Source of the DNA: Rebecca billardiae RCC1528
Taxonomy: Eukaryota; Protista; Haptophyta
Reading direction: 5' to 3'
Assembly (NCBI GenBank): GCA_965240325.2
Contig: OZ251241.1
Span: 1,364,001 to 1,428,000 of the forward strand
Length of the DNA: 64,000 bases
Made by a program: the position numbers and the translations under genes
Notes under the pieces: generated by a model
Seen by the model: the letters and a program-made list of their open reading frames with translations, nothing else
Database searches by the model: none
Told to the model about the DNA's origin: nothing
Shown: piece by piece, positions 47,042 to 57,348 of the stretch
Layout: every line of letters begins with the position of its first letter
Numbering within the stretch: position 1 is the stretch's first letter

Positions 47042-48463
47042 ATGCTGGGCCTGCGCCACGCGCTGTTGTGGGTGGCGGCGCTGCTGCTCGCGCCGCCGAC
47101 GGCGGGTTCGCACCAGCTCGCGAGGCGGGCGCTCGCGCCGCACCGCGCGCTCGCGCCGCACCGCGTCGCGCCGGCGCGCGCGCGCGTGTCGTCGGTCGCG
47201 GCCGTGACCAAGCCGGACCAGCTCGAGGACGAGTACGACGAGTACGCGCTGGAGGAGTCGGACGACCTCGACCTGCCGCCGTGCTGGGTCGGCCCCGCCG
47301 AGGACCTCAGCCTCCACGAGGGCGAGCACTGCGACGGCCTGCGCAAGTTCGAGCAGCCCGCGCGGTACATCGCGCGCGCGCGCGTGATGCTGTACATCGC
47401 CGGCTGGTACGCGCTGAGCGTCGGGTACCAGGTGACGAACAAGAAGGTGCTCAAGGTGCTCGCGCTGCCGTGGAGCCTCTCCGCCGCCGTCGTCGCCTTC
47501 GGCTGCCTCCCCGTCCTCTTCGCCTGGGCCACCGGCCTGCGCGACCGCCCGAGGGGCATGGGCGCGAAGGAGTGGCTGGGCCTGCTGCCGCTCGGCCTCT
47601 TCCACGGCACCGGGCTGCTGTCGGGCACGATCGGCAACGCGGCGGGCTCGGTGGCGTTCGCGCAGGTCGTCAAGGCCGGCGGCCCCGTCTGGACCGTCCT
47701 CCTCTCCGCCCTCCTCGTCGGCGAGCGCGCGTCGCACCGTGTGTGCCTCGCGCTCGTGCCGATCGTCGCGGGCGTCGGCGTCGCCACCATGTCCGAGCTC
47801 TCGTTCAAGTGGGTGGCGCTGCTGGGCGCGGCGATCTCGGACGTGTCGTACGTGCTGCGCAACGTGCTCACCAAGGCGTCGATGAAGAAGCGCGAGGCGC
47901 AGGGCGCCGAGGCCGCCACGCTCTCCAAGACGTCGCTCACGGGCGCGCTCACCGTGACCGCGACCGCGTGCCTGGTGCCCATGGCGCTGCTCGCAGAGTG
48001 GCGCACGGCGCCCGCGGCGTGGGCGGCGGCGACGGCGGCGATGCCGGCGGGCGTGCTCGCGGGCAAGATCGCGATGACCGGCGTCTACTTCTGGGGCTAC
48101 TCCGAGTTCGCCATGCTCGCGCTGAGCAACCTCACCCCCGTGACGCACGCCATCACCAACACGCTGCGGCGCGTCGTGCTGCTCGTGGTCGCGGCGTTCG
48201 TCTTTGCGACGCCGATGACGACGATGGGCAAGATCGGCTCGGGGATGGCGATCGGCGGCTCGTACCTGTACTCGCTGGCGAAGAACGCGGACAAGGCGCA
48301 GGCCGCGCGCGAGGCGGAGGAGGCCGCCGCCGCCGCCGCCGCCGCGCCGCCCGAGCCGACGATCGTCGCGCCACCCGCCATCGACGCGCTGCCGCTGCAG
48401 GCGGCTGCGGCCGACGGCTCGACCAACTCGACGCGCGCGCTCGCCAGCCCGGCGGAGAACTGA
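47042..48463 (+). CDS. Triose-phosphate/phosphate translocator (TPT) family transporter, likely plastid-targeted
   Basis: Signal peptide plus transit-like leader; WYALSVGYQVTNKKVL, VAFAQVVKAGGP, RNVLTK, PVTHAITNTLRRV. Confidence 0.9.
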   Translation: MLGLRHALLWVAALLLAPPTAGSHQLARRALAPHRALAPHRVAPARARVSSVAAVTKPDQLEDEYDEYALEESDDLDLPPCWVGPAEDLSLHEGEHCDGLRKFEQPARYIARARVMLYIAGWYALSVGYQVTNKKVLKVLALPWSLSAAVVAFGCLPVLFAWATGLRDRPRGMGAKEWLGLLPLGLFHGTGLLSGTIGNAAGSVAFAQVVKAGGPVWTVLLSALLVGERASHRVCLALVPIVAGVGVATMSELSFKWVALLGAAISDVSYVLRNVLTKASMKKREAQGAEAATLSKTSLTGALTVTATACLVPMALLAEWRTAPAAWAAATAAMPAGVLAGKIAMTGVYFWGYSEFAMLALSNLTPVTHAITNTLRRVVLLVVAAFVFATPMTTMGKIGSGMAIGGSYLYSLAKNADKAQAAREAEEAAAAAAAAPPEPTIVAPPAIDALPLQAAAADGSTNSTRALASPAEN

Positions 48464-48748
48464 GCGGCCGCTCGGTCGGCAGCGTCGGCGGGAGGGCGCG
48501 CCGGCGTGGCGAATGGGCCGCCCCCGCCCCGGCCCTTCGAGCCCGAGGCCCAGCCAGCGGCAGAGGCCGCAGACAGTCGAGCTGGCCCTCGTCCCGGGCG
48601 GTCCCGTCTCCCCGGACTCCCTGACCGCTGACCGCTGACGCCGCCGCCCAGATGTCCGATCGATCCGCAGCTCCGGCGGCGGCGCCGCCGCGAAGCTCAT
48701 CTAGTTATTCGTCGCGTTCTAGTATACCATCATGGTCCGTCCATCATC

Positions 48749-48846
48749 AGTATATAGTTAATATATATAATTAATTTTATTAATATACATATATATACAT
48801 ATATATTAATATATCGTTTATAATATATATATATATATATATCAAT
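48749..48846. repeat. (TA)n-rich island between convergent genes
   Basis: ~95 bp almost entirely A/T in an otherwise very GC-rich background. Confidence 0.9.
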
Positions 48847-49184
48847 AAGTTGCCGCCCGGGCGCCGCCCGCGCGCTGCCAGACATGCAGCATCGCGCGCG
48901 GCGGTGTGACTGCTAGTGCTAGTCTGCTCACTAGTCGTCTGACTACTGACTACGTACCGTAACGTCGTCTTATATATTGTTCATCGGGACTGGGCGGAGT
49001 TCGGCTGGACTGCCTCATCATCAGCATATATATATTCGTCATCATCATGCGCTGGATATCATATCATCGATCACCGCCGCCGCCCGCCGTCACCGCGGAG
49101 GCTCCGTGCCTGCGGCCCGGCGGTCTGGTGCCTCGTCCGGCGTCCCGGATCTCCTCGCATCGCGTCGGCCCGATGTTGGCATCG

Positions 49185-50774
49185 TCACGTCGCCGCCTTC
49201 GGGGCCCCGCTCCCCGGCCTGCGCGGCGACGGCGGCAGAGTCTGGCCCCCGGCTGACGCGGCGCCGACGTGCAGCGGCGCGTTGAGCGCGAGGGTGGCGT
49301 CGATCACTTGCTTGGAGCGGCCGCTCGACGCGAGCACGACCGCGAGGGTGCCGCAGATGAGCAGCGCGGCGCCCGCGGCGCCGAGCGGCGTGGGCGCCCC
49401 GTCCACCCCCGCCGCGATCCCCTCGAGCGTCGCGACGATCGGCTGCGTGAGTATCACCACCGAGATGGTGAGCGGGTGCAAGTACTTGAGCGCGACCACG
49501 TACCCCAGAGCGCCCACGCCGTCGCACACCGTCGCCACCCACAGCAGCACGGGGAGGCGGTCGGGCTCGGGGCGGAGCCAGCCGAAGACGCCGAAGCGCG
49601 AGGCGTCGAGCGGGGTGCGCGCCGCCGCGCCCTCCGCGCCCTCCGCGCCGCCGCCCAGCCCCGACGCCATCGCCTGCGTGAGCGGCGCGCAGAGCAGCAC
49701 CGCCAGACACGCGGCGTCCACCAGCCAGAACTGGACGAGGGGCGGCAGCAGCGGGCGGAGCCGCTTGCAGCAGAGCATGTACGCCACGCCGCCGAGCGAG
49801 CCGAGGAAGGCGATCAGGTCGCCGACCCACGGCGCGAAGGGCACCGCCGCCGCCGCGCCCGCCGCGCCCGCCGCGGACGGGCGCGGCGCGGAGAAGGCGA
49901 CGAGGACGGCGCCCGCGACCGCCACAAGCGCGCCGCCCACCTCCGCGGGCGCGGTCGGCCGGCCGCGCACCAGGCGGAGGGCGAGGAGGAGGATGGGCGT
50001 GCAGTTGTTGAAGAGGATGGCGTCGGCGGGGCCGGTGCCCTGCAGCGCGATGCAGAACGTGATCGACTGGAACAGCGTCGCGGCGCACGTGCCCAGCAGC
50101 AGCGCGAGCGTGCGCACGCGCGCGAGCGTGCCGCGCAGCCGCGCGCTCGCGCACAGCTGCCACGCTGCGACGGGGCCAAAGAGTGACACAAAAGCCGAGT
50201 AGCGCCAGATCAGCAGGAGCGCGCCGTCGACGCCGCGGCCGGTCGCGCGGAACGCGTCGCCCGTCGAAGAGCACGCGAGCAGCGCGACGAAGAGCACGAG
50301 CCAGCCCACCACGGGCACGTGCCGCGTCACAGTGACGGACAGCTGCACTGCCGCCGCGTGCGGCGGCGCGGACGCGTGCGGTTGCGCGGGCGGCGCGGCG
50401 GGTGCGGCCGGCTGCGCGCCCGCGGCGGCGAGGTGCGGGGGCGGCGCGCCGGGCTTGCGCGGCGCGGGCTCGGCGGGTGCGCCCTTCGACGCGGGGCCCA
50501 CGAGCCCGGCCTCCAGCGCCGACTCGCGCCCGGCGCCGAGCAGAGGCTCCGCCGCGGCCGCGACCGCAGCCGAGGGCGCGCGCCCGCCGCCGGGCCGCCT
50601 GCCGCCAGCCATCAGCGCCCACACACCACCGCCGCCGCCGGCGGCGCCGGCGGCACGGCGGGCGGCGGATGTCGGGGCGGGCGCGTCGGCGGCGACGCCC
50701 CGCGCCGCGATGCTCACGTGGTCGATCCCCGACGGCAGCGGCGGCAGGCACAACTCCCACAGTGGCGCCACCTC

Positions 50775-50823
<49 letters not shown>

Positions 50824-51225
50824 AATGGGCCGATGGATCGGCGCGCGCCGCGCGCGCGGCCCTCCGAGCCTGCGCTGCTGTAGCTCGTCGCTGTGGCGGG
50901 CTTCTCCTCGGAGGGGCGCTCCGCGCGGAAGGGCGCGCCGAGGCCTCCGGGCTCCACGCGCGCGCCCGCACCCGCCGCCGCCGCGCCGGGCGTGCGGCGC
51001 GGCTCGTGAGCGGAGCACGCGCGCGGCCGCGCGCCGAGAGGCGACTCCGCTGCGGCGGCCACGGCCGCGCCCTGCGGCGGCGGGGTGGGCGCCGCGGCGC
51101 GGTCCGGCGTGGCTCGGCGGCCGGCGAGTCGCGCAGGCGCCTCCTTGCTCAGCGCGGACGCGTTGAACAGCGTCACCACGCGCGTGGGGTGGTGATGGTG
51201 CGGTTGGCTCGGCGCGCTGCTCGCA

Positions 51226-51265
<40 letters not shown>

Positions 51266-52853
51266 GTGCCTCCTCCGCATCGTCGGTTACGCTCTCGTAA
51301 CCGTCGTCGAGCTCGAGGAGGTAGGCGACGGCGTGGGGTGAGGAGGCGGGCGGGGGCTGCGCGCTGAGCGCGACGAGCGCCGCGCGCTCCTCGCGCGCCG
51401 CCGCGCCGCCCTCGCCGCCGAGCAGCCGCGCCGAGTGCACGGGCGCGCCTGGCCCCGACGACGCCGCGGCCGCCGCGGCCGCGCCCGTGCCGGGTGGCAG
51501 GGCGCCAAGCGCCTCGAGAGCGTCGGTGAGGAGCGGCGTCGGGCGGGCGGGGGTGGCCTCGTCGTCGGAGGACGCGTCTTCCACCGCGAGCAGCGTGCCG
51601 GGCACCCACTCCACCGCCTCGCCGTCCACGCCGCCCGCGCACGCCGCAGCGCGCCCGCCGGCGCCGCCGCCGATCGCGCCGCCCTCGGCCGCGGACGGCG
51701 GCCGCGCGCCCGCCGAGCCGGCGGCGGCCGGGTCGTAGTCGAGCCTGAGGACGAGCGACGCGTCGGCCGGCGAGGTGGGCTCGTCGGCCTCGGCCCCGGA
51801 CGGCTCCTCGCCCGCCACCGCGCGGCTCCGCGCGAGCTGCGCCTCCGTCTCCACCGCGCACCACAGCTGTCCCGCCGCGCGCGTCGCCCATAGCTGGCCG
51901 CGCGCCGCCAGCGTTGCGTTCGCGTCCGCCAGCGACGAGTAGCCGCTGGTGCTGCGCGCCGCGGCGTCAGCGAGCGCGTCGAAGAGGCGCGTGTCGTACA
52001 GGAAGAGCCCAGCCTCGAGCGCCAGCCCGGGGCCCGCGAGCTGCCGCCCGATCTCGCGCACGAGCAGGTCGCCACGCACGGGCGTGCACAGGTCGCCGCC
52101 ACCGGTGCCGCCCTGCGGCGCGGCCGCGGCCGCCGCAGCCGCCGGCGCGGACGCGCCGTCGGCGGCGTCGACCGGCTCGCAGCGCGCGAAGACGGCCGTG
52201 GGCGGGAGCGCGTCCGCGCTCGACACGGGGAGCTCCGTCTCGATCAGCACGCGCCCCACCGCGTGCCCCGGCAGCCCGCTGTCCGCCAGACGGCGCACGA
52301 GCGCAGACTCGAACGCGTGGTCTGCGGCGCACAGCAGGAACGGCTCGCCCGGCTCGAAGCAGCCGGCGGCACGCGCGAGCGAGGCGGCGTGGCCCGCGAC
52401 GAACGAAGGGCCCAGGTCGAGCACCTCCACGCCCATCGCCTCCGCCTCCGGCGCCGCCAGCACCGCGTCGACCACGTCCTGCTCGGCCGGACCGCCGACG
52501 ACGAGCACGAGCCTCGAGATGCCTGCCGCCGCGAGCTGGCGCATGAGGAGCACGAGGAGCGGCTGCCCGCCCACGCGGAGGAGCTCCTTGTGCACCGGCG
52601 CGCCCGTCGTCGACGGGCGCGAGACGGTCGAGACGAGCGCCTGCCGCACGCGCGCGGCGCCGGGCGGCGGTGCCGGCGCGACCGGGAACGGCCCGCCCTC
52701 GCGCGCGCGGCTGCCTGCGGCCGAGGCGCCCGCGCCCACGCGGTGCGCGTACACCGCGTCGCCCTCGCGCGCGAGCGAGTCGACCAGGTCGTCCTCCGAG
52801 CACTCGAGCAGCGACGCGATGGCCGGCAGGTCGATGGACCACACGCGCGCCAT
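49185..52853 (-). CDS. Fusion of a GT-A nucleotidyltransferase-like domain and an EamA/DMT transporter
   Basis: N-terminal HKELLRVGGQPLL...GISRLVLVVG, FLLCAADHAF, EAGLF, WCAVET; long low-complexity linker; C-terminal ~10 TM helices with EamA-like PADAILFNNCTPI, GDLIAFLGS and LTQPIVATL. Confidence 0.8.
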
Positions 52854-53449
52854 GGCGGAGGAGGCGGACGACGACGGAAGTTCGATTCACGACGGATGCA
52901 AAGGGTCCAGCGTGCAAAAGTACGGCATCGGAGGGAGATTCGTCATCTTCTTGCTGCCTGATATCATGGCGGAGCGGAGCCCGGCGGCGGAGGGCGTGCG
53001 TGCGTCCACCCGCCCGGTAAGCCCAAGGCCGAAGCCGGTTGATGCAATTGACAATTGTGAATGTAACTACGGGTACGAGTCCGGACGCCACCGTCTGAGA
53101 CACTGAGCGGGGACTACTAGCTCCCCAGCTCGCCTTCCGGCGGACGAACACGATCCAGCGCCGTCGATCTCCGAGACGACCGACGGCGCGACTTCCGGGA
53201 TCACGGGCAGCGACCGCGCGGCTCACCGCGTAGACGTGACGGGAGGACCGGATCACGACCTGTTGAGACTGCGTTGGCGGCCGCCTTCGCGCACGGTGCG
53301 GGTGCGGTGGACGAGATCGCCACCGAGTGTGGCAAGCGGCAAGCACCGGGGACTCAGGATGGCGCGGCGACGCATGTCCACCCAGATTATTGTTATGTGC
53401 TCGTGGGGCCATGCGAGGCCCAGCCCATGCCACTGAGGCTGGCCCCACC

Positions 53450-53965
53450 CTACGGCGTCTCGCGGAGGTGGCAGCCGTTGTCGATCTTGCCGTACTCCGC
53501 GATGTCGACGTGCTGCATCTGCTGACCGAGGGCGCACGGGAAGCAGCACCACATGCAGAGGCACGACACGCAGCCGGACTCGCCCGTCTTGTACTTGTCG
53601 CTGATGCGGATGCGGAGCACGACCGCAAACACGAACACGGCGATCGCGACGATGAAGCCGATGACGTTGAGGATGGCACCGAAGCCCCCCAGCGCCGGCG
53701 AGATGAACTGGAGGAGGACGAAGAAGAGCCAGATGGCGAAGGTGGCGTACAGGACGTGCTTGTAGTTGAAGAGGCCGGAGCGGCCGGCGGAGCGCGCGAG
53801 GCCGACGCAATTGCAGCAGCACGAGAAGCAGAAGATCGCAGGGATCTCGCACCAGCAGCTGCAGAGGTCGACCAGCCAGCCTTCGCGTTTGCCCCCCTGC
53901 TGCACCTCGCCAGGCGGGACCGCCACGGCCTGGACGACCTGTGGCTGCTGCTGCTCAGCGGACAT
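53450..53965 (-). CDS. PLAC8/PCR-family Cys-rich membrane protein
   Basis: WLVDLCSC, CFSCCCNC, RIRISDKYK, CLCMWCCFPCALGQ. Confidence 0.9.
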   Translation of the reverse strand: MSAEQQQPQVVQAVAVPPGEVQQGGKREGWLVDLCSCWCEIPAIFCFSCCCNCVGLARSAGRSGLFNYKHVLYATFAIWLFFVLLQFISPALGGFGAILNVIGFIVAIAVFVFAVVLRIRISDKYKTGESGCVSCLCMWCCFPCALGQQMQHVDIAEYGKIDNGCHLRETP

Positions 53966-54128
53966 CCTGACGGGGAAGCGTTGAGGATGTCGTCGGTCGC
54001 GCGCCGCCGGTGGAGGGCGGCGGAGCCCGCTTTTCCGAACACTATCATAACTCAGCGGTGAGTACTTTCCCGGCTAAACGGTGGTCGGTGGCTTCTATAA
54101 CGCGCTATTATTAATAGCCGCGGGTATT

Positions 54129-55520
54129 TCATCGGAACAAAGCGTGTGCGCCATCGGCATCGCCGCCTTCCTCATCCTGCCCGTCGAGCAGCTGCCGCGC
54201 GGCCACGACGGAGCGCTTGAGCAGGGAGGCGGCGATGCCTGTCCGGCTGGCGGCGTCCGCGAGTGCGGCGGCGTCGTCGATCACCAGCGTCGCGAGGGCC
54301 TTCACTGTCGTGACGCCCGCCGCCTCCAGCTGCTGCCGCCGCTTGGGGCCGACGCCAGGCACCGACGACACCGGCGCCTCCGCGCCGGTGCGCGCCTCGC
54401 GCTCGGCGCCGCCGGCGGGCGCCGCGGGCACGGCCGCCGCCGCGCCGGTCTCGGCGAGCCATCGCTCGATGCAGCGCGCGCGCACCCACGCCTCGAGCGA
54501 CGCGCGCTGCAGCACGAGCTCCAAGCTCTCCTCCTCGCCAGCGCTGCCAACGCTGCCGCCGCCGCCGCCGCGGCCGGCGAGGGACCCGCCGCCGCCGCCG
54601 CCGCCATCCTCGCCGTCTGCCGGTCCGGCTTGCCTCGTGGCACCGCGCGCTGCGGGCAAGCGCTCGCGCGTGCACGCGATCGGCGTGCCCCCGCCCCCCG
54701 GCTGCGTGAGCGCTCGCTCCACCGCGTCGCACGCCGCCTCGGCCGCGGCGGCCGCGCCGAAGCACACGCGCACCGCGCGCCGCGGCGTCTCGCTCTCGGT
54801 CGGGCCCGCCTCGAGCTGCGCGGCCACGAGCGCGTCGAGCGCGGCGTCGACCTCGGCGAGCGCGAGCTGCGGGGAGGCGCCCGCGAGCATCAGCCGCGAG
54901 TCCGCCTCGTCCCACAGCGCAGGGCGCACGCGCTCGAGCCACAGCGCGCCGAGGCCGCCTGCGTCGCCGTCGCCGTCGCCGCCGCCAGTGGCCAGCAGGC
55001 CAGCGCCGCGCGCGACGCAGATCGCGGAGAACGCCTCGCACGCGGCTTGCGCGCCGATCGGTACGCCCGCCTCGTACGTGTCGAGTACGAGCTGCTCGAG
55101 TGCGCCCGTGCTCTCCGCGCGCGCGAGCGCGCTGATCGCGAGCTCGTGGCAGCGCGCATCGACGCGGACGCCGCGCGCCGCCATGTCGTCGAGCAGCAAG
55201 CGCGCCCACTCCGCCTCGCCGCCGAGCGCGGCGCACCGCGCGATCGCGTCTCTGTAGCAGCGCTCGTCCGCCTCCATGCCGCTCGACCAGATCAGCTCGA
55301 TGATCTCGGCGACCTCCTCGCCAGAGGCGCAGCGCGGGATACGCAACGCCAGCCGCTCGCGCTCGCCGCCAAAGCCGTCGTCCTTGGCGGCGGCGCGGGG
55401 CGGCAGCGAGGGGCGGGCGCGGGCGATGGCCGAAGCCCACGCGAGCGGGCTCGCCGAGGGCCGCGCGGCGGGCACCGCGAGCGCGCCGCATGCGAGCAGC
55501 GCGTGCAACGCCGCGCGCAT
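54129..55520 (-). CDS. Organelle-targeted PPR-like protein with degenerate SMR-like region and C-terminal helix-hairpin-helix
   Basis: Signal peptide MRAALHALLACGALA; PPR-like GMEADERCYRDAIARCA..ARLLLDDMAARGVRVDARCHELAISALAR; C-terminal VSSVPGVGPKRRQQLEAAGVTTVKALA. Confidence 0.7.
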   Translation of the reverse strand: MRAALHALLACGALAVPAARPSASPLAWASAIARARPSLPPRAAAKDDGFGGERERLALRIPRCASGEEVAEIIELIWSSGMEADERCYRDAIARCAALGGEAEWARLLLDDMAARGVRVDARCHELAISALARAESTGALEQLVLDTYEAGVPIGAQAACEAFSAICVARGAGLLATGGGDGDGDAGGLGALWLERVRPALWDEADSRLMLAGASPQLALAEVDAALDALVAAQLEAGPTESETPRRAVRVCFGAAAAAEAACDAVERALTQPGGGGTPIACTRERLPAARGATRQAGPADGEDGGGGGGGSLAGRGGGGGSVGSAGEEESLELVLQRASLEAWVRARCIERWLAETGAAAAVPAAPAGGAEREARTGAEAPVSSVPGVGPKRRQQLEAAGVTTVKALATLVIDDAAALADAASRTGIAASLLKRSVVAARQLLDGQDEEGGDADGAHALFR

Positions 55521-55635
55521 GACGTGCCAGCGCCCGAGCGATGATGACATGCGCGCCGACCGAGACCACCCAGTCGGGCCAGTCCGGGCGGGCGAGCCGC
55601 GGGCGAGCTCGCACATTAACGGTTCGTTGTCAGCC

Positions 55636-56961
55636 ATGGCGACGGAGGCCCTGCGCGCGCGGCTGCACGACGTGGCGGCAACGCGGCTGCAGTCGGTGCA
55701 GCGCGGGCGCCAGGTGCGCGCCACGCTCGGGCGCGAGCCCGCATCCCCGCGCTCGTCACGCCTGTGCGCGAGCGTGTACAGCGCGCTCTGGTCGGCGCAG
55801 GCGCGCGTGCGGCTGGCGGGCACAACGTTCGTCTTCCGAGACGGCCAGCTCGCCGGCTGGTGGCTCGCGCCGGCGGATGGCTCAGAGAGGCGGCTCCTGC
55901 GCAAGAGGCCCGCCGCGCTCCACGCCGCATCGCTCGCCACGGTCGTCGCCGAGCTCGAGCCGCCTCGGCACGGCGGGCCGGCGCGGCGCGGGCAGCTCGC
56001 GGCGGTGTGGGTGCCTGCGGATGCGCCCACCGACCCTGTCGGCATCCCGGCGGGCACGGGCGCGGTGCGCGCGCTGCTCCAGGCGGTGCACGAGCGCTTG
56101 CTCGACGGCGTGCTCGTGCGCACGCCCAGCGCTGCGCCCGCGCCGCGCCTCGTGCGCGTGCGCTACACGCCACACGTGCAGCTGTGCAAGGCGTGCGAGC
56201 CGATCGCGCCGCCTCCCGCCTCTCTGCCGCGCGCTGGCGGGCTGGCGTCGGCGCCGCCGCCGCCGCCGCCGCCGCGCGGCGGGCGTCTCTCGCCCGAGCT
56301 CGAGCGCGCCGCCGCCGCGCTCGTCCTCGTCGACATCGTCGCGCCGCTCCACGCGCAGCTGCGCGCGGGCGTGCGCGTGTGGGCGCTCGATGTCTGGTTG
56401 GCGCTGGCGGACGGCGCCGAGGGCGGGGGCGGCCGGCTGCGGCTCGCGTGGGCGGCGGGGCTGCGGCTGAGCGAGGGCGCGCGCGCGAAGCCCGTCGTCG
56501 ACCGCTGGATCTCGCCGCCGCGCGCGCTGCCCGCAGCAGCCGCGGACGCGCCGCGCTCTTCCGCGCGCGCCGCTGCGCCACCGAGCGCCGCCGCCGACGC
56601 GAGGGCGGCACTGTCGGCTGCAGAGGCGCTGCGCTCGCGCGGCGCAGCGCCTGTGCGTGATGGCGTGCTCGGCGGCGCGGTGGCGGCCGACCCAGCCGCG
56701 CGCAGCTCGGCGGCGGGCGACCCGGCAGCGCAGGAGATGGCACGGAGGCACGGGACGCGGGTCGCGCAGCGTTTGGCGCCCTCGCGCGCTGTCGCTGAGG
56801 CGGAGGCGGCGCGGCTTCGGAAGGCGGCGGCGGCGGCAGTGGCGGCGCAGTCGGACTCTGAGCCTCGCGGTGCTGGGGAGCTTGCGGCCGGTGCCTCCGA
56901 GTCCAGCAGGCCCTGCTGCGTGGGCGCAGCATCGACACCAGAAGTGCCCCGTGATCGATGA
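55636..56961 (+). CDS. Hypothetical protein with N-terminal IQ-like motif
   Basis: ATG in GCCATGG context; AATRLQSVQRGRQVR fits the IQ consensus; coding-like codon bias. Confidence 0.6.
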   Translation: MATEALRARLHDVAATRLQSVQRGRQVRATLGREPASPRSSRLCASVYSALWSAQARVRLAGTTFVFRDGQLAGWWLAPADGSERRLLRKRPAALHAASLATVVAELEPPRHGGPARRGQLAAVWVPADAPTDPVGIPAGTGAVRALLQAVHERLLDGVLVRTPSAAPAPRLVRVRYTPHVQLCKACEPIAPPPASLPRAGGLASAPPPPPPPRGGRLSPELERAAAALVLVDIVAPLHAQLRAGVRVWALDVWLALADGAEGGGGRLRLAWAAGLRLSEGARAKPVVDRWISPPRALPAAAADAPRSSARAAAPPSAAADARAALSAAEALRSRGAAPVRDGVLGGAVAADPAARSSAAGDPAAQEMARRHGTRVAQRLAPSRAVAEAEAARLRKAAAAAVAAQSDSEPRGAGELAAGASESSRPCCVGAASTPEVPRDR

Positions 56962-57348
56962 TGCCTTGGCGTCCGTGGTACACTGTGGGCCCGTGGCCGT
57001 GCGGCAGCCGTCATCGGCGGAGGCAGCACTGTGCCTAGATGATGGCTCAGAGACAGTAGCAGTTGTTCAGCAGTACTGAGTACACGAACTCAGTGAGTGA
57101 CTGAGTACGGCACTGCGCTCACTCGGCTGTAGTAGCAGTACATCAGTAACAGTAGTAGTTAGATCAGAGTCATTCAGAGTTGAAACGGTAGTTGCAGCGC
57201 GCCATCGTGCCCAGGACCGCCGCCCAAAGTGAAAGTCCTGTGCTCGCACAAGGCAGCCCTCGGCTGGCGGCTGCTCCCTTTTGCCGGGCCGGAGCGGACC
57301 GACGGGGGGAGACCGCCGCGACACGGGGGGCAGCGGTCGCGCGCACAG

